In this document: positions 54,905 to 64,000 of the stretch, piece after piece
Numbering within the stretch: position 1 is the first letter of the stretch
Layout of the letters: each line of letters begins with the position of its first letter
Source: Candidatus Aminicenantes bacterium
GTDB taxonomy: Bacteria > Acidobacteriota > Aminicenantia > Aminicenantales > JAFGBC01
Assembly: GCA_963702005.1 (NCBI GenBank)
Contig: OY969696.1
Location: 2,624,001 to 2,688,000, forward strand
Direction: 5' to 3'
DNA length: 64,000 nucleotides
Program-made: the position numbers and the translations under genes
The notes under the pieces: generated by a model
Told to the model about the DNA's origin: nothing
The model's database searches: none
What the model saw: the letters and a program-made list of their open reading frames with translations, nothing else

Positions 54905-55020
54905 GTCAACCCCTCGACACCCATACTAAGCCGTTTCCGCCTTAGTATGAGTACTGCAAGGCTGGGCTCCGATTTTTAGCCCCGCCTTTCAGGGCGGGGT
55001 AGCGTCGGCGAACGGGTCAA
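54905..55020 (-). mobile_element. Family 1 palindromic element, copy E
   Basis: GTCAA..CGAC-ACCCATACTAAG..CTTAGTATGAGT-ACTGCAAGGCTG ... CCCCGCCTTTCAGGGCGGGG..CGTCGGCGAACGGGTCAA. Confidence 0.8.
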
Positions 55021-55099
55021 GCCGTCTCGAGACCGCTGAGCGTTTGCGTCAGGGGGCGAATTATGTTAGTAATAGTCGGGTACGGACGGCAGAAACAAC

Positions 55100-56131
55100 A
55101 TGAGTGTTATCGGCTGGTTCAAGAACAGATTGTTTTGCGACTTGGCCATCGACCTGGGGACGGCCAACACGCTCGTCTACATGAAGGGAAAGGGCATCAT
55201 CGTCCAGGAGCCGTCGATCGTCGTCGTCAACAAGCTGACCGGAAAGGTCGAGGCCGTCGGCCAGCGGGCCAAGGAGATGCTGGGCAAAACGCCGGCCAAC
55301 ATCCTGTCCATCCGGCCGATGCGGGACGGCGTCATCGCCGATTTCGAAATCGCCGAGAAGATGCTCGACTATTTCATCAAGCAGGCGACCAACAACCGCG
55401 GCTTTCTGCTCCGGCCCCGGATCGTCATCGGAATCCCGACCGGGATCACCCAAGTCGAACGGCGGGCCGTCAAGGACGTCGCCATGCGGGCCAAGGCCTC
55501 GGAGGTCTACCTGGTTGAACAGCCCATGTCGGCGGCCGTCGGCGCCGACCTCCCCATCTCGGAGCCGACCGGCAACATGGTCGTCGATATCGGGGGCGGG
55601 ACGACGGACATCGCCGTCATATCTCTCAACGGCATCGTCTTCAACCATTCGATCCGGATTGCCGGGAACGAGATGGACGAGGCCATCATCCAATTCCTCA
55701 AGAAGAAATACAACCTCCTGATCGGGGAGCGGACGGCCGAGCAGGTCAAGATCCAGATCGGGTCCGCCTACCCGCTCGACCAGCCCCTGACCATGGAGAT
55801 CAAGGGCCGGGACCTCCGCGAGGGCATCCCCAAGACGATCGTCGTCGATGACCAGGAGATTCGGGAGGCCCTCGAGGACGTCATCGCCTCCATCATCAAC
55901 GCCATCCGGATCGCCCTGGAAAAGACGCCCCCCGAGCTTTCGGCCGACATCATCGACCACGGCGTCATCCTGACCGGGGGCGGGTCCCTCCTCAAGAACA
56001 TGGACAAACGGATCCGCGAGGAGACAAAGCTGCCCGTCTTCATCACCGAGGACCCCCTGACGACGGTCGTGCTCGGCGCGGGAAAGATGTTGGACAACCT
56101 CGATCTCCTCAAGAAGATCGCGATGTCATAG
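55100..56131 (+). CDS. mreB: Rod shape-determining protein MreB
   Basis: IDLGTANT, DGVIADF, DIGGGTTD and LTGGG motifs. Confidence 0.97.
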   Translation: MSVIGWFKNRLFCDLAIDLGTANTLVYMKGKGIIVQEPSIVVVNKLTGKVEAVGQRAKEMLGKTPANILSIRPMRDGVIADFEIAEKMLDYFIKQATNNRGFLLRPRIVIGIPTGITQVERRAVKDVAMRAKASEVYLVEQPMSAAVGADLPISEPTGNMVVDIGGGTTDIAVISLNGIVFNHSIRIAGNEMDEAIIQFLKKKYNLLIGERTAEQVKIQIGSAYPLDQPLTMEIKGRDLREGIPKTIVVDDQEIREALEDVIASIINAIRIALEKTPPELSADIIDHGVILTGGGSLLKNMDKRIREETKLPVFITEDPLTTVVLGAGKMLDNLDLLKKIAMS

Positions 56132-56176
56132 ACCGCGGGGCCCCCGTTCGGACCCCGGGAGCGGCGTGAACGCGGC

Positions 56177-57028
56177 ATGCCTCTTGCGCTGAGAGTCAAA
56201 AAAAAGCCCTGGCTGCTCGTCGGTCTGCTCGTCGTCCAGCTCCTCCTCATTTCGCTCCAGGTCCCGGTCGGGGCTAAGGTCTCCTTGTTGAATAGGATGA
56301 TCTTCTCCGTTTTGTCCCCGATCCAACACGGCCTGGCCTCGGCCGTCGGCGGCGTCCGAGGGCTCTGGATCCAGTACGCCTACCTCCGTCAGGTCCAGCG
56401 CCAGAACCAAGACCTCCACCGGGAGCTGTTCGTCCTCCGCGAAGAGAACCAGTTCCTACGGAATTGGCTGGGCGAGCTGAAATCCGAGAAGGACATCCGC
56501 GAGGCCGCCGCCAGCTGGCGCAACGACCTGGAAATCGCCTCGGTGATCGGGATGGACGCGACGAACGTCTTCCGGTCAGCCGTCATCGACCGGGGAACGG
56601 TCCACGGCCTCCGCAAGGACATGCCGGTCCTGGACCGGAACGGATGCCTGATCGGACGAGTCCTCGGCCCCCTGGCAGATCGGGAGGCCCACATCCAGCT
56701 CATCACGGATTCGGAATGCGGCGTCAGCGTCCTGGCCGGGTCTCCCGCCGCCGTCGGTGTCTTGACGGGATTGGGCAACGGGATGTGCGAGCTCAAATAC
56801 ATCCTCGACTCGGGCCCGCCGTTGTCGGTGGGCGACGAGATCCTGACTTCGGGCCTGGATGGCCTTTATGCGCGCGGGCTTCGGGTGGGCGCGGTCATCA
56901 GCGTCAAGAAGGATGCGACCCTTTTCCAAAAAGTCCGGGTCAAACCCTTCTTCGATCTCGCCGGACTCGGTCGGGTCGCCGTCCTGAAGCGTCCGGCCCG
57001 GGATTTTTTCAGCGAGGAGAAGCGATGA
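56177..57028 (+). CDS. mreC: Rod shape-determining protein MreC
   Basis: TM plus coiled coil, IDRG and TSGLDG motifs; operon position. Confidence 0.92.
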   Translation: MPLALRVKKKPWLLVGLLVVQLLLISLQVPVGAKVSLLNRMIFSVLSPIQHGLASAVGGVRGLWIQYAYLRQVQRQNQDLHRELFVLREENQFLRNWLGELKSEKDIREAAASWRNDLEIASVIGMDATNVFRSAVIDRGTVHGLRKDMPVLDRNGCLIGRVLGPLADREAHIQLITDSECGVSVLAGSPAAVGVLTGLGNGMCELKYILDSGPPLSVGDEILTSGLDGLYARGLRVGAVISVKKDATLFQKVRVKPFFDLAGLGRVAVLKRPARDFFSEEKR

Positions 57029-57516
57029 CGACCCGGGATATCGCCGAAAGCGCGGCCGGACTCATCGTCGGGTTCGCCGTCTATGCGCTGCTGGGACGGA
57101 TCGCCCCAGCCGGCCCTCTCGTTTTCAACGTCTTCATCCTCGTCGTCGTCTATTTCGCCATGACCCGGGGCGAGGCGGCCGGAGCCGTCATGGGCGCTGC
57201 CTGCGGACTCGTCCAAGACGCCTTCTCGCGGAGCGTCCTGGGGATTTCGGGGATCGCCCTGACCCTGATCGGCTATCTGGCGGGGAAATTTTCTCAGAAG
57301 TTTGACGTGACGCCTCTGCGCAGGCTTTTTCTTTTCCTGTTCACGGCCGCCGTCTCCGAGCTTGCCATCTGGATGGTCCTGTCGAGCCTCATCTACGCCC
57401 AGCGGGCCGAAACCGCCGGCGCCCTCCTCTTTCTCCAGCCTCTGAATACGGCCCTAGGGGGCAGCCTCCTCTTCACCTTCATCCGGCGCCGCCGCGAGAG
57501 GCGCGCCAAGGCATGA
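57025..57516 (+). CDS. mreD: Rod shape-determining protein MreD
   Basis: Hydrophobic ORF starting MTTRDIA with GLVQD motif, between mreC and mrdA. Confidence 0.85.
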   Translation: MTTRDIAESAAGLIVGFAVYALLGRIAPAGPLVFNVFILVVVYFAMTRGEAAGAVMGAACGLVQDAFSRSVLGISGIALTLIGYLAGKFSQKFDVTPLRRLFLFLFTAAVSELAIWMVLSSLIYAQRAETAGALLFLQPLNTALGGSLLFTFIRRRRERRAKA

Positions 57517-59324
57517 ACATCCCCGATACGGAACGGATCTACGAGGACCTGACCCTCGTCTGTAAACGGTCTAAGATTATTTTTACGATCGTCAAGGTCC
57601 TGTTCGTCACCGTGCTTGTCCTGTATTGGAAGATCCAGATCCTGGATCACGCCAAGTACTGGAAATTGTCCGAGGCCAACCGGACCCGCGAGGTCGTCCT
57701 GAGCGCTCCGCGCGGGCTGATCCTGGACAGGAACGGCGTCAAGCTCGCCGACAACGCCGCCTCCTTCACGGCCTCGATCGTCCGCGACAATGCCGCGGAC
57801 CTCGACGCCTCGATCCGGCGCATCGGCGATTTGCTCGAGCTTCCGGCCGAAACGATCAAGGCCCGGATCGAACGCTACGGATCGCTGCCCGGTTTCAAGC
57901 CTGTCCCGGTCAAGGACAACCTGACCATGGAGGAAGTCTCGCGGATCGAGGCCCGCAGGCTCGAGTTTCCCGAGCTCCAGGTCACGGCCGAGCCCAAACG
58001 GATTTATCCGAACGGAAGCTTGGCGGCCCACGTCCTCGGCTACCTTCAGGAATTGACGCTGGAGGAGCTGAGGTCCAATCGCTTCAAAGACAGCCAGGCC
58101 GGCGACCTGGTCGGACGGAACGGGATCGAGCGCGAGTACGAAGGACGGCTGGCCGGCAAGAAAGGCCGGATCCTGGAGATCGTCGACAGTTTGGGAAAGC
58201 CGAGCGGAGAGTCGGCGCGGGAAGAGCCCAAGCAGGGCGAAAGCCTGACCCTTTCGGTCGACCTTCGCCTTCAGAAGGCCGCCGAGGATCTCCTCCAAGG
58301 CAAGGAGGGCGCCATCGTCGTCCTCGACACGACCTCGGGCGAGATCCTGGCCATGGCCAGCTTCCCGACCTTCGACCCCAACAAATTCATCAACCGCTTC
58401 ACGACGGATGAATGGCTGGCCTTGGTTCGGAGCCCCCAATACCCGCTCGAGAACCGGGCCATTCGGGGTCTTTACAGCCCGGGTTCGGTCTTTAAGCCGG
58501 TCATGGCCATCGGCGCCCTTGAGGCCGGCTTGATCACCGAAGACACGATTTTTCACTGCAGCGGAAAAACCGAGATCTACGGCCATCCCTTCGCCTGCTG
58601 GTTCAAAGGAGGCCACGGCTCCCTGAACCTGCTCAACGCCATCCGTTACTCCTGCAACATCTATTTCTACAACGTCGGCCGCCGGCTGGGAATCGAGGAC
58701 ATCGCCGCGACGGCCGAAAAGCTGGGCTTGGGCCGGAAAACGGGGATCGATCTTCCCGGCGAGAAAGAGGGTCTGGTGCCCCAGCCGGACTGGAAAAAAA
58801 AGACCCGGAACGTGGGCTGGTACGCGGGCGAGACGATCTCGGTGGCCATCGGGCAGGGCCCCCTGTTGGTGACGCCGCTCCAGATCGCCTCCTACACGGC
58901 GCTCCTCGCCAACCTCGGGCAGCCCGTAATCCCCCATCTTATCCGGGAGCGCGCTCTTCAAACCGGCGGGGCGCCTGCCGATTCGCTCGAGCGGCCCCCC
59001 CGGGTCGCGATCCGGCCCTCCAGCTTTGAGTCGGTCATCGAGGGCATGTACCGTTCGGTGAACGAGGAGGGGACGGGGCGGGCGGCCCGGGTCGACGGCT
59101 TCGATGTCTGCGGCAAAACGGGATCAACTCAGCTCATCAGCACTGAAAAAGCCGAAAAACTCAACAAAACGATCAAGACCCATTCCTGGTTCACGGGTTT
59201 CGCACCGCGCCGGAACCCCCGTATCGTCGTGACCGTCCTCGTCGAGTACGGCGGCATGGGCGGCGCGGCCGCCGCCCCGCTGGCCAAACCCCTGTTCGAA
59301 ATTTTCAGGTCCGAGCATGATTGA
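57513..59324 (+). CDS. mrdA: Penicillin-binding protein 2
   Basis: APRGLILDRNG, SVFK (SxxK), SCN and KTG motifs. Confidence 0.95.
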   Translation: MNIPDTERIYEDLTLVCKRSKIIFTIVKVLFVTVLVLYWKIQILDHAKYWKLSEANRTREVVLSAPRGLILDRNGVKLADNAASFTASIVRDNAADLDASIRRIGDLLELPAETIKARIERYGSLPGFKPVPVKDNLTMEEVSRIEARRLEFPELQVTAEPKRIYPNGSLAAHVLGYLQELTLEELRSNRFKDSQAGDLVGRNGIEREYEGRLAGKKGRILEIVDSLGKPSGESAREEPKQGESLTLSVDLRLQKAAEDLLQGKEGAIVVLDTTSGEILAMASFPTFDPNKFINRFTTDEWLALVRSPQYPLENRAIRGLYSPGSVFKPVMAIGALEAGLITEDTIFHCSGKTEIYGHPFACWFKGGHGSLNLLNAIRYSCNIYFYNVGRRLGIEDIAATAEKLGLGRKTGIDLPGEKEGLVPQPDWKKKTRNVGWYAGETISVAIGQGPLLVTPLQIASYTALLANLGQPVIPHLIRERALQTGGAPADSLERPPRVAIRPSSFESVIEGMYRSVNEEGTGRAARVDGFDVCGKTGSTQLISTEKAEKLNKTIKTHSWFTGFAPRRNPRIVVTVLVEYGGMGGAAAAPLAKPLFEIFRSEHD

Positions 59325-60408
59325 CAGGCGGCACTTTCAGGAGATCGACTGGACGCTGCTCGTCCTCCTGCTCTTGAACACGGGGCTGGGCGTCGCCGTC
59401 ATCTACAGCTCGTCCCACCAGGTCAGCAGCGCTTTTTTTCTGAGACAAGTCATCTTCGCGGCCTTCAGCTTGGTCATGCTTTTCGTCATCTTGTCCGTGG
59501 ACTACAAGACGCTCATGACCTTCGCGCTGCCCGTTTACGTTCTGATCGTCGCCATCCTGGCCGTCATGATCCCGTTCGCTCGGCTGACGGCGGGCACCAA
59601 GTCCTGGATCAAATTGCCGTACTTCCAGATTCAGCCGTCCAAGATCCTCAAGATCGTCCTGATTCTGGTCCTGGCCCAGCTGTTCGGGGCTACCAAAAAA
59701 ACCTTCGTGACCCGGACGGTTGCCTTGACGGGCGCCGCCTCTGTCTTCGTCCCCTTCGGGCTGGTCGCCATTCAGCCCGACCTGGCCACGGCCGTCTGCT
59801 ATCTCCCGATCCTGGCGGCCGCCCTGATTCTGGCCGGCTTGACCAAGAAAACGCTCGTCATCATTCTCATCGTCGCGATCCTCTTCAGCCTCGTGACCTG
59901 GAATCTAGCCCTCAAGGACTACCAGAAGAAGCGGATCATGACGCTTCTCTTTCCGGGTCATGATCCGCAGGGAGCGGGCTATCATGTCCTCCAATCCAAG
60001 ATCGCCATAGGCTCGGGCGGGCTTTTCGGCAAAGGCTACAGCAGGGGAAGTCAAAGCCAGCTTCGCTTCCTTCCCGCCCGCCATACCGATTTCGTCTTTT
60101 CCGTCATCGGCGAGGAATTCGGCTTTGCCGGGGTCCTGGTCGCGCTGATCCTCTATTACCTGTTCTTGGCGCGGCTGTTCAAATCGGTCGGACAGTCCCG
60201 GGACCGGGCCGGCGTTTATATCTCGTTCCTGGCCGCCTCCCTGATCGCCTTTCAATTCTTCATCAACATCCTCATGATCATCGGCATCCTGCCCATTGCG
60301 GGAATCCCCCTCCCGCTTCTGAGCTATGGAGGCTCGTCGTTGCTGGCCACCTTCCTGGCGGTGGGACTGATCCTCAACGTCAAGATGAGGCGTTTCGCCA
60401 ATGTCTGA
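59317..60408 (+). CDS. rodA: Peptidoglycan glycosyltransferase RodA
   Basis: SEDS motifs QPD, YQKKRI, QSKIAIGSGG, HTDF, EEFG and SYGGSS; QPSE reads QPSK here. Confidence 0.94.
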   Translation: MIDRRHFQEIDWTLLVLLLLNTGLGVAVIYSSSHQVSSAFFLRQVIFAAFSLVMLFVILSVDYKTLMTFALPVYVLIVAILAVMIPFARLTAGTKSWIKLPYFQIQPSKILKIVLILVLAQLFGATKKTFVTRTVALTGAASVFVPFGLVAIQPDLATAVCYLPILAAALILAGLTKKTLVIILIVAILFSLVTWNLALKDYQKKRIMTLLFPGHDPQGAGYHVLQSKIAIGSGGLFGKGYSRGSQSQLRFLPARHTDFVFSVIGEEFGFAGVLVALILYYLFLARLFKSVGQSRDRAGVYISFLAASLIAFQFFINILMIIGILPIAGIPLPLLSYGGSSLLATFLAVGLILNVKMRRFANV

Positions 60409-62965
60409 CGGCCTGGACCGGGTCCTGCGCCGGGTCGAGAAGCCGGCTCGTTATACGGGAGGGGAATGGAACGCCCGCCGCAAGGACCCCCAGGCCGTCA
60501 AGGTCCGCGTCGCGCTCGCTTTTCCCGACGTCTATGAAGTCGGCATGTCCTATCTGGGACAGAAAATCCTCTACGCCATCCTCAACGAACGTCCCCATAT
60601 CCAAGCCGAGCGGGTCTTCGCGCCCTGGCCGGATTTCGAGTCCGAGTTGCGGACGCGCGGTCTCCCGCTCTTTTCGCTCGAGACGGCCACCCCCATCGGC
60701 CAGTTCGACATCGTGGGCTTCTCGCTGCTCTACGAGCTCAACGCCACCAACATTCTGACCATGCTCGAGTTGGGCCGGATCCCTCTCGACTCGGCGGAAA
60801 GGACAGGGGACGATCCCTTCATCATCGCCGGCGGTCCGTCCGCCTTCAATCCCGAGCCGGTCGCGGATCTCTTCGATCTCTTCCTGATCGGGGACGGCGA
60901 GGAAGCGTTCCCGGAGATCGTGGAGAGGCTGATCGAGCTCAAACGGACCGTCCGGGATAGAAGGCAGATTCTCGAGGACTTGGCGCGGATTCCGGGCGTT
61001 TACGTTCCGTCCCTGTACGAAACGTATCGGCCCGACGGCTCGAGCCTCCTGGCCGTGAAGGCGGGGCCGGGGGCGCCTCCGTTTATCACAAAAAGGATCG
61101 TTCCTTCCTTTCGAGATTCCTTTTTTCCGGAGGACATCGTCGTCCCCAATATTCAGGCCGTCTTCGACCGGGTTGCCGTCGAGGCGGCCCGCGGCTGTCC
61201 CCAAAAGTGCAGGTTCTGCCAGGCGACGACCCTCTATCATCCCTTCCGCGCCAAGAGCCCGACCTTCATTCTCAAGACGATGACCGGGAGCCTTCGCGCG
61301 ACCGGATACGAAGACGCTTCCTTGACGGCCCTCTCCTTGAGCGATTATCCCCATCTCGACGCCCTGGTCCGGAAGGCCATGGCCGAGCTTGAACCCGAGA
61401 AGGTCTCTCTCTCCCTGTCGTCGCTCAGGCCCAAGGGCGTCTCGGCCGACGTCGTCCAGAATATCCTCAAGGTCCGCAAGACCGGCCTGACCTTGGTTCC
61501 TGAAGCCGGGACCGAAAGGCTGCGCCGGGTCATCAATAAACATCTCGACGATGCCGATATCCTCGACGCGGCCCGGAGCGCTTTCCGTCACGGCTGGAGG
61601 CTCCTCAAGCTCTACTTCATGATCGGCCTGCCCACGGAGCGCGATGAAGATTTAGAAGCGATCGCGGACCTCGTCGAGGACATTATCGAGGCGGGCCGGG
61701 CGATCCTCAAGTCGCCGCCGCGTCTCAACCTCAGCGTCTCCTCCTTCATCCCCAAGCCGCATACGCCCTTCCAATGGCTGGCCATGGACAGACCGGAGTC
61801 GCTCCGCGAAAAGCAGGCGTTCCTCAAGGGCCGTCTGAAAAGATACCGTTTCGTGGATTTCAAGGACCATCCGGTCGAGAAAGCGCTCCTTGAGGCCGTC
61901 TTTGCGAGAGGGGACAGGCCCGTGGGCCGTCTGCTCAGGACGGCCTGGGAACGAGGCGCCCGCTTCGACAGCTGGAAAGACCGCTTCCAGGTTCGATTCT
62001 GGGATGAGGCCTTCGCGTTGAGCGGGCTCGACCGCGGGAATTATCTTGGAGCCTTGGCTCTCGACGCGCCATTGCCCTGGGATCATATCGATACCGGTGT
62101 CAAGAAAGACTTCCTGCGAGAGGAACTCAGGAAAGCCCTGGCCGAGGAGCGGACTCCATCCTGTTTGGAAAGGACTTGCGCCGAGTGCCGCGGATGCGGC
62201 TTGCCCGCTTTCCTGGACAGGTCCTCCGAGGAACCGGCGCCCGATCGAGGAGATCCTCTCCCTCGTATTGGCCGCGCCAGCGCCCAGCCGCTCCGCTACC
62301 GTCTCTTTTATTCCAAGACGGGCCGGGCGCGCCTGCTGTCCCATATCGATCTCATCAACGTCATCCAAAGGACGTTCCGGAGGGCGGGCCTTTCGGTTGC
62401 CATGACCGAGGGATTCCATCCCAAGATGATCGTCTCGTTTCTTCCCGCTCTGCCCTTAGGGATGGAGGCCAAAAGGGATTGTATGGATTTCAAGTCCCGC
62501 GCGGTTCTCTCCGCCGAAGACGCGCTCCGCCACCTCAATGCATCGGTTCCCGACGGCATCCGTTTCCTTGAGCTTCAGACTCTGGCCGAGGGGGAACCGC
62601 CTTTGTCCCGCGCGGTCCACTCCTTGGTCTATTCGCTGGACCTGGATCGGGCCGAAGCGGAGGAGGCCGTCCGGACTGCCTGCGCCGGCAAGGGGATCCC
62701 GGACGGCCCTCTTTCCCGGCGACTCTCGGCCCTTATCCCACGCTATCTCGATGACAAAGGGGAAGATTATGGCGTCCAGATTCGGCTCTCCGGTCCACCG
62801 GAACGCCTTATTCTGATCATCCGGCAAGGGCCCGGCAAGCCTCCCAGGCCCCAAGATATCGTCCTCGAGCTTCTCAATCTCGAGGACCAGGTCTATGACA
62901 TGGCCCGCGAGGAAATCCAATTCCGGCCTTCTTCGCCCCGACCCGCCCCAACCCGTCCAAATTGA
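60401..62965 (+). CDS. B12-binding radical SAM protein (TIGR03960-like) fused to radical SAM-linked domain (TIGR03936/DUF2344-like)
   Basis: KPARYTGGE, FPDVYEVGMS, CPQKCRFC, FIPKPHTPFQW and C-terminal SHIDL..EGFHPK. Confidence 0.88.
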   Translation: MSDGLDRVLRRVEKPARYTGGEWNARRKDPQAVKVRVALAFPDVYEVGMSYLGQKILYAILNERPHIQAERVFAPWPDFESELRTRGLPLFSLETATPIGQFDIVGFSLLYELNATNILTMLELGRIPLDSAERTGDDPFIIAGGPSAFNPEPVADLFDLFLIGDGEEAFPEIVERLIELKRTVRDRRQILEDLARIPGVYVPSLYETYRPDGSSLLAVKAGPGAPPFITKRIVPSFRDSFFPEDIVVPNIQAVFDRVAVEAARGCPQKCRFCQATTLYHPFRAKSPTFILKTMTGSLRATGYEDASLTALSLSDYPHLDALVRKAMAELEPEKVSLSLSSLRPKGVSADVVQNILKVRKTGLTLVPEAGTERLRRVINKHLDDADILDAARSAFRHGWRLLKLYFMIGLPTERDEDLEAIADLVEDIIEAGRAILKSPPRLNLSVSSFIPKPHTPFQWLAMDRPESLREKQAFLKGRLKRYRFVDFKDHPVEKALLEAVFARGDRPVGRLLRTAWERGARFDSWKDRFQVRFWDEAFALSGLDRGNYLGALALDAPLPWDHIDTGVKKDFLREELRKALAEERTPSCLERTCAECRGCGLPAFLDRSSEEPAPDRGDPLPRIGRASAQPLRYRLFYSKTGRARLLSHIDLINVIQRTFRRAGLSVAMTEGFHPKMIVSFLPALPLGMEAKRDCMDFKSRAVLSAEDALRHLNASVPDGIRFLELQTLAEGEPPLSRAVHSLVYSLDLDRAEAEEAVRTACAGKGIPDGPLSRRLSALIPRYLDDKGEDYGVQIRLSGPPERLILIIRQGPGKPPRPQDIVLELLNLEDQVYDMAREEIQFRPSSPRPAPTRPN

Positions 62966-62990
62966 CAGGGGAACCCGATTCGAGTATAAA
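62962..62990 (+). promoter_or_regulatory. Putative sigma70 promoter
   Basis: TTGACA-17 nt-TATAAA. Confidence 0.55.
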
Positions 62991-63037
62991 AGGGCAACGT
63001 CTCGGCAGGCGGCCGAGCCCGACAAGTGGAGGAGATT

Positions 63038-64000
63038 ATGATCGATTTTAGTCTATCCGAAGAACAGCTGGCTCTTCGGGACATGGCCCGTGCCTTTGCC
63101 GAAAAAGAGATGAGACCCAAGGCGGCCAAGTACGATCAGGGCCATGAGACGCCGACCGACGTCTTCCAGAAAGCGTTCGAGGCCGGCTTCATGACCTGCA
63201 ATATCCCCGCCGAGTACGGCGGGGGAGAGCTGGGCAACGTCGATACGGTCGTCGTCAGCGAAGAATTAGCGGCCGGCTGCGCCGGTATGTACACGACGAT
63301 CATGGCCAACTCGCTCGCCTTCACGCCGATCATTCTGTTTGGCTCACCCGAACAGAAGAAAAGGTTTTTAACGCCCGCCTCCCGTAAGATGACGTTCGCC
63401 TCCTTCTGTCTGACCGAACGGGAGGCCGGCTCGGACGCGGGCGGCCTCAAGACACGGGCCCTCAAGGACGGCTCCGACTACGTCATCAACGGGTCCAAGT
63501 GCTTCATCACCAACGGCGGGATCGCCGACCTCTACGTCGTCTTCTCCCTCACGGCTCCCGGCAAGGGCATGCGGGGAATCAGCGCCATCGTCGTCCCGCG
63601 CGAAACGCCCGGCGTTTCGGTCGGGAAGGTCGAGGACAAGATGGGTCATCGGGCCTCGAACACGGCCAAGGTTTTCTTTGACGACGTCCGGGTTCCCCGA
63701 TCGAACCTGCTGGGGCGGGAGGGCTTGGGATTCATGGTCGCCATGAAGACGCTCGACAACACCCGGGCCCCGGTCGGGGCGGCCGGAGTCGGGGTCGCGC
63801 GGGCGGCCCTCGACTATGCCGTCGAGTACGCCAAGAAACGGGTTCAGTTCGGGAAAGCGATCGCCCTTTTCCAGGCCAACCAGTTCAAAATCGCCCAGAT
63901 GGCGATGGAGATCAACGCGGCCCGGCATCTCGTCTGGCACGCGGCTTGGCTCCAAGACCAAAAAAAACCCTGCGGGAAAGAATCGGCCATGGCCAAGTGC
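63038..64000 (+). CDS. Acyl-CoA dehydrogenase, 3' end outside window
   Basis: Read manually: MIDFSLSEEQ after GGAGGAG; PAEYGG, CLTEREAGSD, NGSKCFITNG, KMGHR and RVQFGK motifs. Confidence 0.92.
   Translation, partial: MIDFSLSEEQLALRDMARAFAEKEMRPKAAKYDQGHETPTDVFQKAFEAGFMTCNIPAEYGGGELGNVDTVVVSEELAAGCAGMYTTIMANSLAFTPIILFGSPEQKKRFLTPASRKMTFASFCLTEREAGSDAGGLKTRALKDGSDYVINGSKCFITNGGIADLYVVFSLTAPGKGMRGISAIVVPRETPGVSVGKVEDKMGHRASNTAKVFFDDVRVPRSNLLGREGLGFMVAMKTLDNTRAPVGAAGVGVARAALDYAVEYAKKRVQFGKAIALFQANQFKIAQMAMEINAARHLVWHAAWLQDQKKPCGKESAMAKC

Noticed and set aside
13307-55020. CRISPR array or repeat-spacer system from the palindromic repeats
   Set aside because: Copies are dispersed kilobases apart, not tandem with spacers, and no cas genes are present.

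Overview
GC-rich bacterial chromosomal window with high coding density. The gene content (GWxTD-domain proteins, Oar-like TonB-dependent receptor, sulfatase-like/TPR fusion, acnB, EF-G2) suggests an Acidobacteriota/Ca. Aminicenantes-like organism; this is inference only. Most of it is housekeeping: a type I R-M methyltransferase cut by the left edge, fbp, thiM-thiE-thiL, kdgK-eda, tldD-pmbA, trxB-like-nadC-nadB, ileS-lspA-lgt-rluD, fusA-like, mdh/idh/acnB, def-fmt, mreBCD-mrdA-rodA-radical SAM and an acyl-CoA dehydrogenase. Main signals worth a second look: (1) Five copies of a tiny non-coding IS200/IS605-type palindromic element with TTGAC at both ends, four of which sit exactly on -35 boxes that they preserve. 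The copies form a nested series, and two bracket a sigma54-driven TonB receptor plus GWxTD lipoprotein cassette. (2) A second dispersed repeat family between convergent genes. (3) An uncharacterised envelope cluster of three GWxTD proteins, TPR proteins and a Thr-nucleophile sulfatase-like enzyme. (4) A candidate C-rich sRNA with its own promoter. (5) Three 1-nt frameshifts and two Glu-to-Lys changes that look like systematic sequencing or consensus errors. No rRNA, tRNA, CRISPR array or transposase gene was seen.
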